Assembly (NCBI GenBank): GCA_951406725.2 | Contig: OX597819.1 | Span: forward strand, 13,206,001 to 13,270,000 | Source of the DNA: Octopus vulgaris | Taxonomy: Eukaryota | Direction of reading: 5' to 3' | Length of the DNA: 64,000 nucleotides | Part shown: piece after piece, positions 14,205 through 27,541 of the stretch | Layout of the letters: each line of letters opens with the position of its first letter | Position numbering within the stretch: position 1 is the stretch's first letter | Made by a program: the position numbers and the translations under genes | The notes under the pieces: model-generated | The model's database searches: none | What the model was told of the DNA's origin: nothing | Seen by the model: the letters and a program-made list of their open reading frames with translations, nothing else

Positions 14205-14730
14205 AGTTCTATATTTAAGAGATGAGGAATTATGTACATTATTTACATTTGATGGATATTTGTCCTCTTCTTGTTTGTATAACACAACATTTCAGCTGAT
14301 ATACCCTCCAGCCTTCTTCAGGTGTCTTGGGGAAATTTCGAACCTGGGTTCTCATTTCTAAGGTATTCTTCGATAATGTTGTTATGAGTTCAAATTCCGC
14401 CGAGGTTGACTTTGCCTTTCATCCTTTCGGGGTCAATAAATTAAGTACCAGTTACACACTGGGGTCGATGTAATCGACTTAATACCTATGTCTGTCCTTG
14501 TTTGTCCCCTCTATGTTTAGCCCCTTGTGGGTAATAAAGAAATAATTATTATTATTATTGTTAGTGTTCAAGTCACTGCTTGGAATCGAACTCGGAATCT
14601 TGGGGTTAGTAGCCTGCGCTCTTAACCACTGTGTCATATGCCTGTGGGCATATGGAGGGTATATCAGTTGAAACGTTGTGTTAACAACAAACAAGATGAG
14701 GACAAATATCCATCGAATGTAAATAATGTT
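14205..14730. mobile_element. tRNA-head/hammerhead element, inverted pair interrupted by a family 2 SINE
   Basis: minus copy at 14205-14375 plus 14545-14650; plus-strand partial copy at 14645-14730. Confidence 0.85.
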
Positions 14731-17540
14731 CAAGAAAGTAGTTTATAACTGTGGACTGGAGATAGCAAACTTTTATCACAGTACACTAAAATGTTCTCTT
14801 TGTGAAGATAAAAATTCTAAAAATGTTTTCGCTGATACCCATCACTAATTGACCCGTGTCTACGTTAACCCTTTTGATACAAAGCTACGTGAGACTGGTT
14901 CTAGCTCTTAAACTTCTAGTTTCAAAATGATCTAAATTTAAATCTTTCATTATAATTTCATGTGAATATATGTCCCAAACACTAGTTTAATTATGTTATT
15001 TGACTAAAATCATTAAATTCAAAATTGAAATAAAAACAGAGTTTCAAAGGAAATATGCTAACTAAAAAAAAAAGAGTTCAATGTAAAGAAAGATAACTCT
15101 CTTATGTCCTTTTTTTTTTTAAATAGATCTCTACTTTTACCATCATCACTATGTATTTCACTTTGGTTAACCACAATCTGTGTTACTCTGTATCTCTTGT
15201 TTCTTGGCCGTTGCCAGTACTACCTGACTGGTCCTCGTGCCAGTTGCACGTAAAAGCATTCACTACACTCTCGGAGTGATTGGCATTAGGAAGGGCATCC
15301 AGCTGTAGAAACTCTGGAACCTGGTGCAGCCATCTGGTTCACCACTCCTTAGTCAAATCGTCCAACCCATGCTAGCATGGAAAGCAGATGTTAAACGATG
15401 ATGATAATGATAGAAATATTAAAATTACTAAGTCTCTCTAAAGGAGATTATGGCAGTGTTACTGGATATTAATAGTTATCGCCAAACTAATATGGCAGTC
15501 CATAAATATAAGACTAAAGCTGTCGCTGATTAGCTCCAAGAGGCCATCGCCTCTAGCTAGCTATATGACACACAAACCTGCGTCCATTACAACCTTCGAA
15601 CATGATGATTTGTTATTTTAAGTAAGATGGCTTATGGCTAATTGTTGCACTACCTGTGACTGTTTCTAAGTTCCAAGAGGAACTTAGATTTCATTATAGC
15701 TCACTCAGCTGTGATGCATTTTTATCGAGACCAGGAATACATTACTCCTCAACGCTACAGAGAACCAAAATAAAACAACAAAAATAAAAACAAAAATTAA
15801 ACACAAAAGATACACAATCAACAAATATTTCAAGAAAATACTAAACTCAGGTAAACACATCAAAGGAAGAGGGCATTCAACAAACTTGTCCTCAAATCAA
15901 ATGTCAGTCCCTGGTTGACATTGATCAAGACTAGAGATCCTCCCACCACCACCACCACCACCACAACTATGCTGCCCCCAGTAAATCTTAGGTACTATAA
16001 ATTCATTGGTCTGTCCCATCCCTAACAATATTCCAAATGCTGAGCACAGAGAGTTTAAATAAGGAGAACTGAGAGGCCACAATGTTGATGGGGCTGGGTT
16101 CACATGACCACAGTTCTCCTAGTCATATAAGACATAGACTGCCCTCTTCTTGTACCTGATGTCCTCATATGTAACATTTCTTATAGCGAGGTCGTTGCCA
16201 GTGCCGCCTGACTGGCCCCATGCAGGTGGCACATAAAAGCACCCACTACACTCTCAAAGTGGTTGGCATTAGGAAGGGCATCCAGCTGTAGAAACTCTGC
16301 CAGATCAAGAATGAAGCCTTGGTGCAGCCATCTGGTTCGCCAGCCCTCAGTCAAAATCGTCCAACCCATGCTAGCATGGAAAGCAGATGTTAAATGATGA
16401 TGATGGACTGCACCACCTTGAATTGCTGACGATGTCTCTTATCAACCTGCAGGCGTTAGCATGCCCATGGGTGACATGCCTCTTGTTAAAGACTTCCAGC
16501 CCTTTCCTGAACCTCAACACAAAGGAGATTGCTACATTGAAGAAGACTTAGGTTGCTGCAGTTGACAGTTTGAGCTGCAAGTATGGAGTATCTTTGTTGC
16601 TCATGCGTAAGAATCTGCTGCATTGATGCTGTTGTTACATTTGAAAGAAAGATGAGTAACTTAAACTTTGGTACATGAGGAGGCATCAGGCTGTCTCCAT
16701 ATCTTCCATCTATGACCTGCTACAGTTGTGATCACAAATATGCAGGACATCCTGTACTTCACTTAACCCTTTTGTTACCAAACCGCCCAAAGCCGCCCAA
16801 AAAAAGTTTTGGTTAATGTGACCAAACCGCCCAAACCCGCCTGAATTTACCTATTCATATTTAAATGAGAATATCAGAACAAATCTCTTTAGTACATTCG
16901 TGAAAACACGTATTATACTTCGTAAAGAGTTCAACTACAGTTTTGTACAAAGATCGACGTGTAATTTTAATTCCCTGAATTTTGGGAGATTTTTTTCGGC
17001 ATCGATTTTTCTTCAACTTTGAAAATAGATAGGAGTTTCGTGTTATCAAGTATTGATTCCGAATTGGAAAATTTGTGAAACAAATACTGGGTACTGTTGT
17101 GGATTTAGTTTTTATACAGGGAAAGTAATTCACTATCAACCACATAAGCAGGAAACAAAACTGGAGCAAAAAAACAGAACCACAAACAGATGTAATATAC
17201 ATTGATAATGACACTTCTGACTGTATCGTAAGTTACAAACATCCATCAAATGACATGCTAAATGGTTGTTCTGAAGATGGGAGAAGCAAGCACATATTTT
17301 ATTGACATACTTACTGTATGCATGTGTACTGAGTTTATACATGTAAGATAAGATAACTATCATTACAAGTAAGATGTCATTTGAGGGAAATTTAGCTGCT
17401 GTTTCTAGCAGTTTGAACAACCATGTAGAGGCTCCCACATTAGCCCATGAATTGATTTTGGATGTTCTATATTAAAGAGATGAGGAATTATGTACATTAT
17501 TTACATTTGACGGATATTTGTCCTCATCTTGTTTGTTGTT

Positions 17541-17586
17541 AACACAACGTTTCGGCTGATATATCTGCCAGCCTTCATCAGGTGTC
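17541..17586 (-). ncRNA. Minimal type-I hammerhead ribozyme motif
   Basis: GACAC-CUGAUGA-A-GGCUG(gcagauauau)CAGCC-GAAAC-GUU-GUGUU: stems I and II pair; palindromic loopless stem III (dimer type). Confidence 0.8.
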
Positions 17587-17633
17587 TTGGCAAATTTTCG
17601 AACTTGGGTTCTCATTCCTAAGGTATTTTTCGA

Positions 17634-17680
<47 letters not shown>

Positions 17681-17845
17681 TCACTGCTTGGAATCAAACT
17701 CAGAATCTTGGGGTTAGTAGCCTGCACTCTTTAATCACTGCGCCATATGCCCGTGGACCTTAATAATAATAATAGTAATAATAATAACAACAACAACATT
17801 GAAAAATACCTTAGGAATGAGAACCCAGGTTCAAAATTTCCCCAA

Positions 17846-17891
17846 GACACCTGATGAAGGCTGGAGGGTATATCAGCTGAAACGTTGTGTT
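17846..17891 (+). ncRNA. Minimal type-I hammerhead ribozyme motif (sense to the host pre-mRNA)
   Basis: GACAC-CUGAUGA-A-GGCUG(gaggguauau)CAGCU-GAAAC-GUU-GUGUU. Confidence 0.75.
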
Positions 17892-18289
17892 AACAACAAA
17901 CTAGATGAGGACAAATATCCGTCAAATGTAAATAATGCAAACTAAAAGTACTGTAATTAACTCTTCTTGGATAAAACACCAGCAGGAAGACATCTGGTAA
18001 CATTATTGGAGTTTCAATTAATTCTTCTACGTCTCTTTCAGGCAGAATGTTTTATCAGAAGTAAAAAAAAAAAATGTGAAAACATTTCTGTAGTGAAAGG
18101 TTTACCATCAAAGATGTTCAGTCCATTTGACAGGATTCCACACAGTTTCCATTTCCTCAGTTTCATTCACCAGGTTTGAGAGATTCTGGTAGAATTTGCT
18201 TACCCAGTGGGATTAAGTTTGAAAGCCTGTTATTCTTAATCATGTTGCCAAACCTGCACCTTAAAACATTAGATAACTTAGATTGGTTT

Positions 18290-18580
18290 TGGCCATTATC
18301 GGCCCAGGCCATGACTAACTCAATAGCATCACCTGGAAAAGTCTTTTAGTTAATTATTTCAGGACACCATGGACAACTCGAGCAGAGAGTCGTTGTTGGT
18401 TGAGGCGTATCAATGTGTAGGTGGTTTATCTGGTATTTCCTGGAGGAATTTGTCCGGGTACCATTTGAAAGTTGTGGGGTTTTTTTCTACTTTAATTTCT
18501 TTTGGGATAACATCGAAAAGTACCGGACCATTTGCAGCGAAGAAATTGTGTTGCAATGTTCTTATGTGATCGATACACAT
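18290..18580 (-). mobile_element. CR1/L2-type LINE 3' end remnant
   Basis: translation RTLQHNFFAANGPVLFDVIPKEIK...FKWYPDKFLQEIPDKP, typical of the ORF2 C-terminus. Confidence 0.7.
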
Positions 18581-18890
18581 CTTTTACCCTTTAATGTTCA
18601 GATTATTCTGTCAAATGTGATGTTTGTTTGTTTATATTGTTTTGAATTAATCATGCATTATCTTGTAGTTTAGAGATTTCAGTGATGTGATTTTTTAGTT
18701 TTAGAATGACATGGTAGGGCTGAGGTGAGAGGAGAGATCTGGTCAGTTTCAATATAAAACAGGTTAAATATTTTGGCCGGATATGGCCGGTTTGAATGCT
18801 AAAGGGTTAATTGTTACTGTTGCATCTCATTAAAATATCTGTTTCTGTGACATCATTGGAATTTAACTCTTTTACTTGTTTGATTTGCAG

Positions 18891-18985
18891 GGTTACCTTG
18901 AATATTTGGATAAATGTGATGATATGTCAAAGAATGAACTCAACTCTTTATTCGGCAACATTGTAGAAATTTACACTTTTAGTCA
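18891..18985 (+). CDS. PLEKHG1: RhoGEF (PLEKHG1/2/3-like) exon, DH domain: GYLEYLDKCDDMSKNELNSLFGNIVEIYTFS
   Basis: tttgcag acceptor, gtaagt donor; LFGNI.EIY.F DH motif; ends phase 2 and joins the next exon in frame. Confidence 0.88.
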
Positions 18986-19996
18986 GTAAGTTCAATATTT
19001 TCTTTATTCTCATTTTCAAGTAGTTTCTGTGTATGTGTGTATATATGATGGACTCTCCCATCGAAGACAGCATATGAGTGCTCAGCTTCTGCTGGAAGAC
19101 CTACATAAATGATTAGTTTATAGTGATCAGATGTATGAACTGTACATCAGCTCACACTTTCCATCAAATTGATGTCACCTGAGCAAGTGCACGGTGTACC
19201 ATACGTCAGGTGTCAAAGTGATCACAGAACAACATGCAATGAAGTGTGTTGCTCAAGAACACAACACAACATAGTACCTGGTCTAAGAACTGAAACCACG
19301 ATCTTGCAGTCATGCATGCAATGCCCTAACCATAGGCCATGTGCCCTTTCCCTCAGGTTGGGTAACCTTTGCGGCAGTGCACCTGTTTCTCTCTTCATTC
19401 CTGATTTCTCTCTCTCATGCTGGGTGACCTTGTACTTCCTTTACAACAAGACACCTGTTTCTTTCTCTCTGCCAACATAAGGTCACCTCCTCCAGTGCCC
19501 TTCCCCTCTCAAAAGAGTTTTTTTTTTTTGTCTTGCATATACTTGGTGACCCTGTCAGTGCAGGTGCCACTGAAAAGCACTCAGTCCACACTGTAAAGTG
19601 GTTGACATTCAAAGGATATCCAGTTGTGAAAACCCTGCCAAAACTGACCTCGCCTATGCTTGTGCTATGTAAAAAGCACTAAGTCTACTCTGCTGAGTGG
19701 TTGGTGTCAGGGAGGGCATCCAGCTATAAAAATCCTGCCAAACAGTTACAGAAGTCTGGTGCAGGCTTCTGCTTGGCCAACTCTTGTCAAACCATTCCAC
19801 CCATGCCAGCCTGGAAGGCAGACATTAAACGATGATGATAATATATATATATATATATGCATGTGTGTGTTTGTGTGTGTGTGCATATGTGCGTGTGTGT
19901 GCATATGTGTGTGTGTAGGCCACTACAAATAATAGACCCAGGGTGCATATATATATTTATGTGTAACTGTGTGCATATACACATAAATGCATGTTT

Positions 19997-20038
<42 letters not shown>

Positions 20039-21674
20039 GTTTATATATGTGTATGTAATATTTGTGTGTGTGTGTATTAAATGCGTATTATAGAGCTTGT
20101 GATCTGTCATTTAAAATGCAACTTATTTAATTTGTCCAATTATAATTTGCCTTTTATTTGTGATCTAATGCTATTTTTGTTTGTGTATTGATTACCTCTC
20201 TCTCTTTCTCTCTCTCTCTGCTTCTTTTTCCTCATTTTAATACTTTACAAAAGCCCAAGGCTGAATTTTTTTATCTTAATCTATTGTGTTGTTATTAGTA
20301 ATCTCTTTTAAAACAGTAGTAACGGATTAGACGACGCACATGTCTGATTATTCGCCTAAAAAACAACATTGAAGTGCTAAAAAACAACATTGAAGTTAAG
20401 AAATCACAACTGATAGCAAACTGGATAACTAGGATTTCAAGCCTGTAAGAAGCTTCTTATTTCTTTATTGCCCACAAGGGGCTAAACATGGAGGGGACAA
20501 ACAAGAATAGACAAAGGGATTAAGTTGATTACATCGACCCCAGTGCATAACTGGTACTTAATTTATCGACCCCGAAAGGATGAAAGGCAAAGTCAACCTC
20601 GGCGGAATTTGAACTCAGAACGTAGTGGCAGATGAAATACCGCTAAGCATTTCGCCTGGCATTTGACCTTTTGGAAATAACAGCCAAATATCTGTCAAAT
20701 AAGCTTACCACCTTTGAAACAGGAAGGACACGTTTGATAGTGTAGTTTTATATACATCATGTATGAAAAAGAAAAAAAGAAAGAGAGGCAAGTTGGCCAT
20801 GGCTGGAATACTGAAGTTGAACTTACTTGGGGTTTAAGCAACAACAACGAGCATTTCTCATATTTCTACACAAATTCTTGTGTTCTTGCAGGAATCATAA
20901 ATCAGTTCACCTTGTACCTGCATCGTAATATTTGTGGAAAAGTACATCTTTGTCTCTTGTTTATTATGTCAAACTGTTGAGAAATAGGAATCCTTTGGGC
21001 AGTGTTGTTGTTGTTGTTGGGTAACCCCAGGTCATCCTTGACCAAGCAAACCCATGATCAAAGAGTATCATCATCATCATCATCATCATCGTTTAGCGTC
21101 CGCTTTCCCTGCTGGCATGAGTTGGACGGTGCAACTGGCGTCTGGGAAGCCAGAAGGCTGCACCAGGCCCAGTCTGATCTGGCAATGTTTCTACGGCTGG
21201 ATGCCCTTCCTAACGCCAACCACTCCATGAGTGTAGTGGGTGCTTTTTACGTGCCACCTGCACAGGTGCCAGACAAGTCTGGCAAACGGCCACGGTTGGA
21301 TGGTGCTTTTTAAAACTCTCAGGACAATATTATTCAGTGTAGTCCTCTTTTCCTAAGGCAGTTGGGTGTAATTTCAGAGATGTTGCTGCTTTTTCTAAAT
21401 GGTTGTTGCCCTCTCTTTGGCTTGTGTGGTTATGCAAGAACTTCCTTGTGAGAGGGAATCAAAGCCAATGAATTTAAAGAAACATCAGGGAATCTAGAAT
21501 TGAATTTCTTTTAGGTTATCAAGATTAAATATATTTATAGAAACTATTTTTGAGGTTCTTGATGAAAAAAAAAAGAGACTATGACATATTATATAATAAA
21601 ATTGATGCTGGTGATGAAGAATAAAAACACATAAGAGAATGACAATGAAGGAAAAGGGCTGTTATTGAGTGAGA

Positions 21675-22060
21675 TGAAGAAGAAGAAGAAGAAGGAGGAG
21701 GAGGGGGAGGAGGAAGGAAGAGGAGGGGAAGGAGGAGGAGGAAGAAGAAGGAGAAGGAGGAGGAGGAAGGAGAAGAAGAAGAAGGAAGAGGAGGAGGAAG
21801 AAGGAGGGGGAAGGAGGAGGAGGAAGAAGGACAAGAAGGAAGAGGAGGGGAGGAAGAAGAAGGACAAGAAGGAGGAGGAGGAGGAGGAAGAAGGAGAAGA
21901 AGAAGAGGAGGAGGGGGAAGAAGGACAAGGAGAAGGAAGAGGAGGGGAGGAAGAAGAAGGATAAGACGGAGGAGGAGGAGGAGGAGGAAGAAGAAGAAGG
22001 AAGAGGAGGAGGAAGAAGAAGGACAAGAAGGAGTAGGAGGAAGAAGAAGGAGAAGAAGAA
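21675..22060. repeat. Polypurine (GAA/GGA)n low-complexity tract
   Basis: about 390 bp almost entirely A/G on the + strand. Confidence 0.95.
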
Positions 22061-23268
22061 GACGCCAATGCCTGTTTGTGAAGAGGGAAAAGGAAACTCT
22101 TTACATGAACACCACCCTGTACATAACTCCATGTCCCCCTACATGGCCTTGCTTTTTGCTTTTTGAGCCCCAAAAATTAACTAACTAACTAACAAACATA
22201 GTGTGTATCTACTAAGTTATTGCAAGATATTAAAAACATGATATCTCTACCACAGCAACGCCATGCATTGGAATCCTTGGTGGACGACAGTTGCTCAGTG
22301 GTGTGTTATGCTGTGAAATTGAACCTGGAACCACGCAGTTTCAGTGCAAGCCTCTTAAACCATGGAGTCTAAGTTCTACTTGATTTTCTCATGCTACGTT
22401 AGGCTAATCTGATCCAGTTTTCTCTTCTATTCTTTGGACTACAACTCAAACGAAATCTCTATCTTCTTGTGGTCACTGGTGTGGTTGTGTGGTAAGAAGT
22501 CTGCTTCCCAACCACATGGTCCCAGGTTCAGTCCCACTGTGTGGCACCTTGGTAAAAATGCCTTCTACTATAGCCTCAGGCTGACTAAAACCTTAGACGG
22601 GAACTAAAAGAAGTCGATGTTGTGTGTGTGTCTTTGTGCCTGTGTTTGTTCTCCGCTGCCATTTGATAACTGGTGTCGGTGTGTTTATGTCTCCACAATT
22701 TAGCAGTTCAGCAAAAGGGACCAATTGAATAAGTGCCAGGTTTAAAGAAAATAATTACTAGGGTCAATTGGCTTGATTGAAATTCTTCGTGGTGCCCCAG
22801 TATGGCCACAGTCTATTGACTGAAACAAGTAACTGGTATCACCACCCTCATTTGTCAATCATTATATCCACTGACCTCTGACATCATCCATCCCCCCTAC
22901 ACATTCCATATCATCTGTATTCCTCATCTATCTAGTTTTTTTTTTATTGTTGCTCTCCTCCTCCTGCAACCCCTTTTATGTACACCCACTTATCGCCTCC
23001 CCTCCCTCCCTGACCCACTCCTGTTTCCCTTCACTTCCCTCCCTCCAAACTGAGGCTCACCATTGACCATTCCTCCACCTGTGTTCATCTTTCACCTCTC
23101 CCCAATCACCCACCCGCCACTCTGCTTCATCCATCTATTCAGCCTGACCCTCTGTCCATATTCTCCCTATGCTCCAACACCTCATCTCCACCATTCTTTC
23201 TCTCTTTCCAGCTGTGGTGACCATGTGTTGTCTCTACAGCAAAACAATCTGTTCTTATCCCACTACCA

Positions 23269-24141
23269 TATGGGGTCTGATCAAGAAGTATCTGGACTGT
23301 TGCCATAATAATGAAGCTAAAACATGCAGAGTGAGGCTGCTTGGTCTTGAACTCTGCTGTGCATATGCACCAAGTTTTAACATTGTAGCTCACTTCTGCT
23401 GTTTACAGCAGTGCTTGAAAGGAAGGTGTGTAGTGTGTGATTGTCACATTGACTACGACAGAGAAAGTTAAGCAGAGAATCTGCATCAAATTTTTCCAAA
23501 AGCTTGGTGATACCTGCTCAGAGGCCTATGCAAAGTTTCCAAAAAGTTTTCATCCTTCTCGACAGAATCAAAGAGATCTTGTGCAACTGCAACTCAAGTG
23601 TCTTCTTGGTCAGCTGAAAGCAGTTTTGGCACAAACTTGGCAGACACACGTCTCATACTCAAACCTTCAGTGATAATGGACTGAACTGAACTGTAACTAA
23701 TCTGCACATCCTCTAATAACTCATGGATGGTGATTCAATGATTTTCCCCTCACAGCTGCAATGTTGTTCTCAGTTATGCTGGTTGTGGATCTCCCAGAAC
23801 ATTCGTCACTATTGACAAGTTTTCGGCCAACTTGAAAACATCTGGACTACTCGTATACTTGTGTGCAGCTCATACACTCCTCTCTATATACTTTCTGCAA
23901 CTTTGCAAAGGCTTCTGAGCAGGTATCACCATGACACTTTCTCTATCATAGTCAATGCAGTAATCACACACTACACACGTTCCTTCTGAGCATTGCTGTA
24001 AACAGAAGTGAGCTAGAACGTTAAAACTTAGTGCACATGCACAGCAGAGTCCAAGGTCAATCTTTGCCAAGTGACTTCACATTTTAGCTTTAGCTTCTTT
24101 ACTATGGCAACAGTCTGGTTACTTATTGATCAGACCTCATA
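23269..24141. mobile_element. Non-autonomous mariner derivative with two inverted 5' ends
   Basis: TA flanks; TIR tggggtctgatcaagaagta.../...tacttattgatcagacctca; N-terminal remnant KQRICIKFFQKLGDTCSEAY. Confidence 0.8.
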
Positions 24142-26053
24142 TTTCAACACCTGGCACAAACCCACTTTCCTCATACTTCCAAACTGGCTCAGTCAAGTGG
24201 TTTTAGTGAGTTTATTGATAAACTTACTCATGAAAAACCAAAATATCACTCTGGATACTTTGAAAAGTGGATTGCACTTGGAACCATATCCAGTTGTAGA
24301 AACCATGCCAAAGTAGACATTGGAACTCAACTATGTTCTTTGGCCCATTGGATCCTCTTGAACAGTCAAATCCATGCCAGCATGAAAGACAAACATTTCA
24401 TGATGATGACATTCACCTATGCTCAAACTAATTTATATTTCTATATGTATAAGTCAGCGAGCCGGCAGAAACGTTAGCCCGCCGGGCAAAATGCGTAGCC
24501 GTATTTTGTCTGCAATTACGTTCTGGGTTCAAATTCCGCCGAGGTCGACTTTACCTTTCATCCTTTCGGGGTCGATAAATTAAGTACCAGTTACACACTG
24601 GGGTCGATGTAATCGACTTAATCCGTTTGTCTTTCCTTGTTCGTCCCCTCTATGTTTAGCCCCTTGTGGGTAGTAAAGAAATATATATTTCTATAAGTAT
24701 GTAGTGCTGGTTCCACTTAGAAAGCATTGGTGCCAGTGCCATGTAAAAACCACTCTGTGAAGTGGTTGGCATTAGGAAGGGCACCCGTCCAAAGAAACCA
24801 TGCCTAAACAGACAACAGAGCCTGGTGCAGCTCTCTGGCCTTGCTCGCACTTGTTAGGCCATCTTACCTATACCAGCATGGAAAACGGACATTAAATGAT
24901 GATGTAGAGGAGGAGGAGGGAGATGACAATGACGATGATGACGCTGACGATCTATAAGCAGAACAGTGAAATGTATATTTGCTAAACGTTCACCATGTAA
25001 CTCTTTATCGGTGATCTTTAAATTTCAGTTCTGCAGTTTTTTCTCAATTAGAAACCAGACTCTTCATTGTAGGAGGAATTTAAAGAATTACAAAATTGGG
25101 AACATACACAAACATGCTGAAATAATTAGACACACACACACACGTACATTTGTATACATAAATAATACACACATAATTATGTAGAAATTTTCTTTGTTTA
25201 TTATCAATTCTGCAGCTGGACTGGGACCTGATTTAAATAAAGGAAGCACATGCACGCACACACATTTATATATATGTATACATATATTGGTGTGTGTGTG
25301 TGTGTATTCATTGATGTATTTAGCAATTTATCTAATATATAATCTGTTATATTCATGTGTGGTCTGATGGCCTGTTCTCTCACATCCTTAGACTCTGGAA
25401 CTAACCTTATACATGAGCCTTAGATAAACAGACATGACAAGATCTGGGTTGAGATTGTGACACTTTCAATGAAATAATAACCACAAATACACACACACAC
25501 ACAATTGTTTTATATATATTGATGTTGTAATATATGTTTAACAGATTCCCTTGAATATAAACATCAGCAGTCCGGATATTACTCTTTCTTTTACTCTTTT
25601 ACTTGTTTCAGTCATTTGACTGTGGCCATGCTGGAGCACCGCCTTTCTAGTCGAGCAAATCGACCCCAGGACTTATTCTTTGTAAGCCTAGTACTTATTC
25701 TATCGGTCTCTTTTGCCGAACCGCTAAGTAATGGGGACGTAAACACACCAGCATCAGTTGTCAAGCGATGTTGGGGGGACAAACATAGACACACAAACAC
25801 ACACATATATATTTATATATATGACAGGTTTCTTTCAGTTTCCGTCTACCAAATCCACTCACAAGGCTTTGGTCGGCCCGAGGCTATAGTAGAAGACACT
25901 TGCCCAAGCTGCCACGCAGTGGGACTGAACCTGGAACCGTGTGGTTGGTAAGCAAGCTACTTACCACACAGCCACTCCTGCGCCTATGTTAATTCTTACT
26001 ATCATTATTTCTCATCTCTTTGGATTAATGCTGATTGTTGCTTTTGTTTTCAG

Positions 26054-26170
26054 AGAATTTCTGGAAGAGTTGGAGCATAGTAATGGAGAACCCCTGAAAG
26101 TTGCTGAATGTTTTGTGAAGAACAAAGACAAGTTTGTTATTTATGGCAATTACTGCACCAATTATCCATG
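26054..26170 (+). CDS. PLEKHG1: RhoGEF exon, DH domain: (Q)EFLEELEHSNGEPLKVAECFVKNKDKFVIYGNYCTNYP
   Basis: ttttcag/gtgagt; AECFV...Y..YCTNYP matches the PLEKHG1-family DH domain; phase 2-2. Confidence 0.92.
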
Positions 26171-26974
26171 GTGAGTACTTTTAGATAGTATACACTAACA
26201 ACCTCTTCTCTTTCTCTCTCGTTTTCTTTCCCTTTCGCTTTGTGTGTATGTTTTTGTGTTTAGCCCCAAATCAACCCTAATTAAGCAGACCTTTGGGAAA
26301 AGACAGTCCACCTGTGATCATCTTGTCTTTTCCTCAGAATCTATGTACATCTCAAAGCTGACAGTTCCAACTTCCTCTCAGCTCAAGGTATTTCAACGGA
26401 AACAGGACATCTAAGGGATTAAAGATTTCTGATGTTCTCTAATATTTACCAGAACAATTTTGTTATTTTTAGCTTTAATGTGACATCACCTTTATTATAG
26501 TAATCTTTGGAAGCTGTGCAGAGATGTGCCACGAAATACCCTTCAAGAGTTTTAAAATTTTGGATGTCTAGCAGCTGTCTTAGTAGAAGCACACCCGATT
26601 ATCCACCATCTTTCCAATAATTTGGGCCACTTTTTTAATTCAATGTCCCCTACCACTCATGGATTTCATGATGATGATCATCATCATTTAGCGTCCGTTT
26701 TCCATGCTAGCATGGGTTGGACGGTTCAACTGGGGTGTGTGAAGCCAGAAGGCTGCATCAGGCCCAGTCTGATCTGGCAGTGTTTCTACGGCTGGATGCC
26801 CTTCCTAACGCCAACCACTCCGCGGCTTATAAAATTTTAAAATGATGCAATGCAGTCTCATGGAGTTTGGCAACCCTTTCATTTTTTCATATGAAGAATT
26901 GTCAAAGCATGGAATAAACTAACCACATCAGTTGTTAGCTTTAAGGACACTGCATTCTTCAAAGACTCCATGCT

Positions 26975-27130
26975 TCCTTTTCTGTTTTCCGTGTTTTATT
27001 CTGTGTACTGTACATGTATTTCTAGCTTTTCTGTTTTCTGTGTTTTATTCTGTGTACTGTACATGTATTTCTAGCTTTTCTGTTTTCTGTGTTTTATTCT
27101 GTGTACTGTACATGTATTTCTAGCTTTTAT
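26975..27130. repeat. 49-bp tandem repeat (3 copies) inside a dispersed repeat also found at about 56065-56217 and 58588-58740
   Basis: gtgttttattctgtgtactgtacatgtatttctagc at 26991, 27040, 27089. Confidence 0.85.
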
Positions 27131-27320
27131 TGATGTCTTTCTTATTTGACTTGTATCTCTCCTTTCTGTTCCCTCTTTTAACCTTTTCTGATTTAAGTTG
27201 TAGTGCACATGAGAACTTTATACAGTAACCTCATTATATTCTATTATTATTTATCTATGTATTTTTAATGGATCCAACAAGTTTACACCTGAAATTAATT
27301 ATTGTCTTATATTTCAACAG

Positions 27321-27471
27321 TGCTGTAGAAACTCTAACGAATTGCATGTCTCATCAAAATCTGGCCGACATCTTCAAACAGCGTCAGTTGATCCTCAATC
27401 ATGTTCTTCCGTTGGGAGCTTATTTACTGAAACCAGTGCAGCGTGTACTCAAATACCATCTTCTTCTTCAG
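27321..27471 (+). CDS. PLEKHG1: RhoGEF exon, DH domain: (C)[50 protein letters not shown]
   Basis: caacag/gtaaat; diagnostic [18 protein letters not shown] Dbl-homology motif. Confidence 0.95.
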
Positions 27472-27541
27472 GTAAATTAGATATTGATATATTGAATGCT
27501 AACAAGTAAAATGTGATGAATTATGTTGTTACTGTTGCTGT

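Larger units (their letters stand above)
17464..17940. mobile_element. Head-to-head inverted pair of the tRNA-head + (AAT)n + hammerhead element (Penelope-like/retrozyme-like)
   Basis: 17464-17640 is reverse-complementary to 17795-17937; tRNA-like head at 17679-17752(-). Confidence 0.88.

Noticed and set aside
17679-17752. Functional tRNA gene (also other SINE heads)
   Set aside because: No proper acceptor stem or terminator, and embedded in dispersed repeats; treated as tRNA-derived heads.
1464-18890. Upstream RhoGEF exon encoding the first DH helix (E...TE..YV.DL)
   Set aside because: Not found by eye; probably upstream of the window, so no feature was called.
21589-22173. Long poly-E/K/G/R and poly-S/P/L ORFs
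   Set aside because: Products of the GAA/GGA tract; no convincing splice context or domain.
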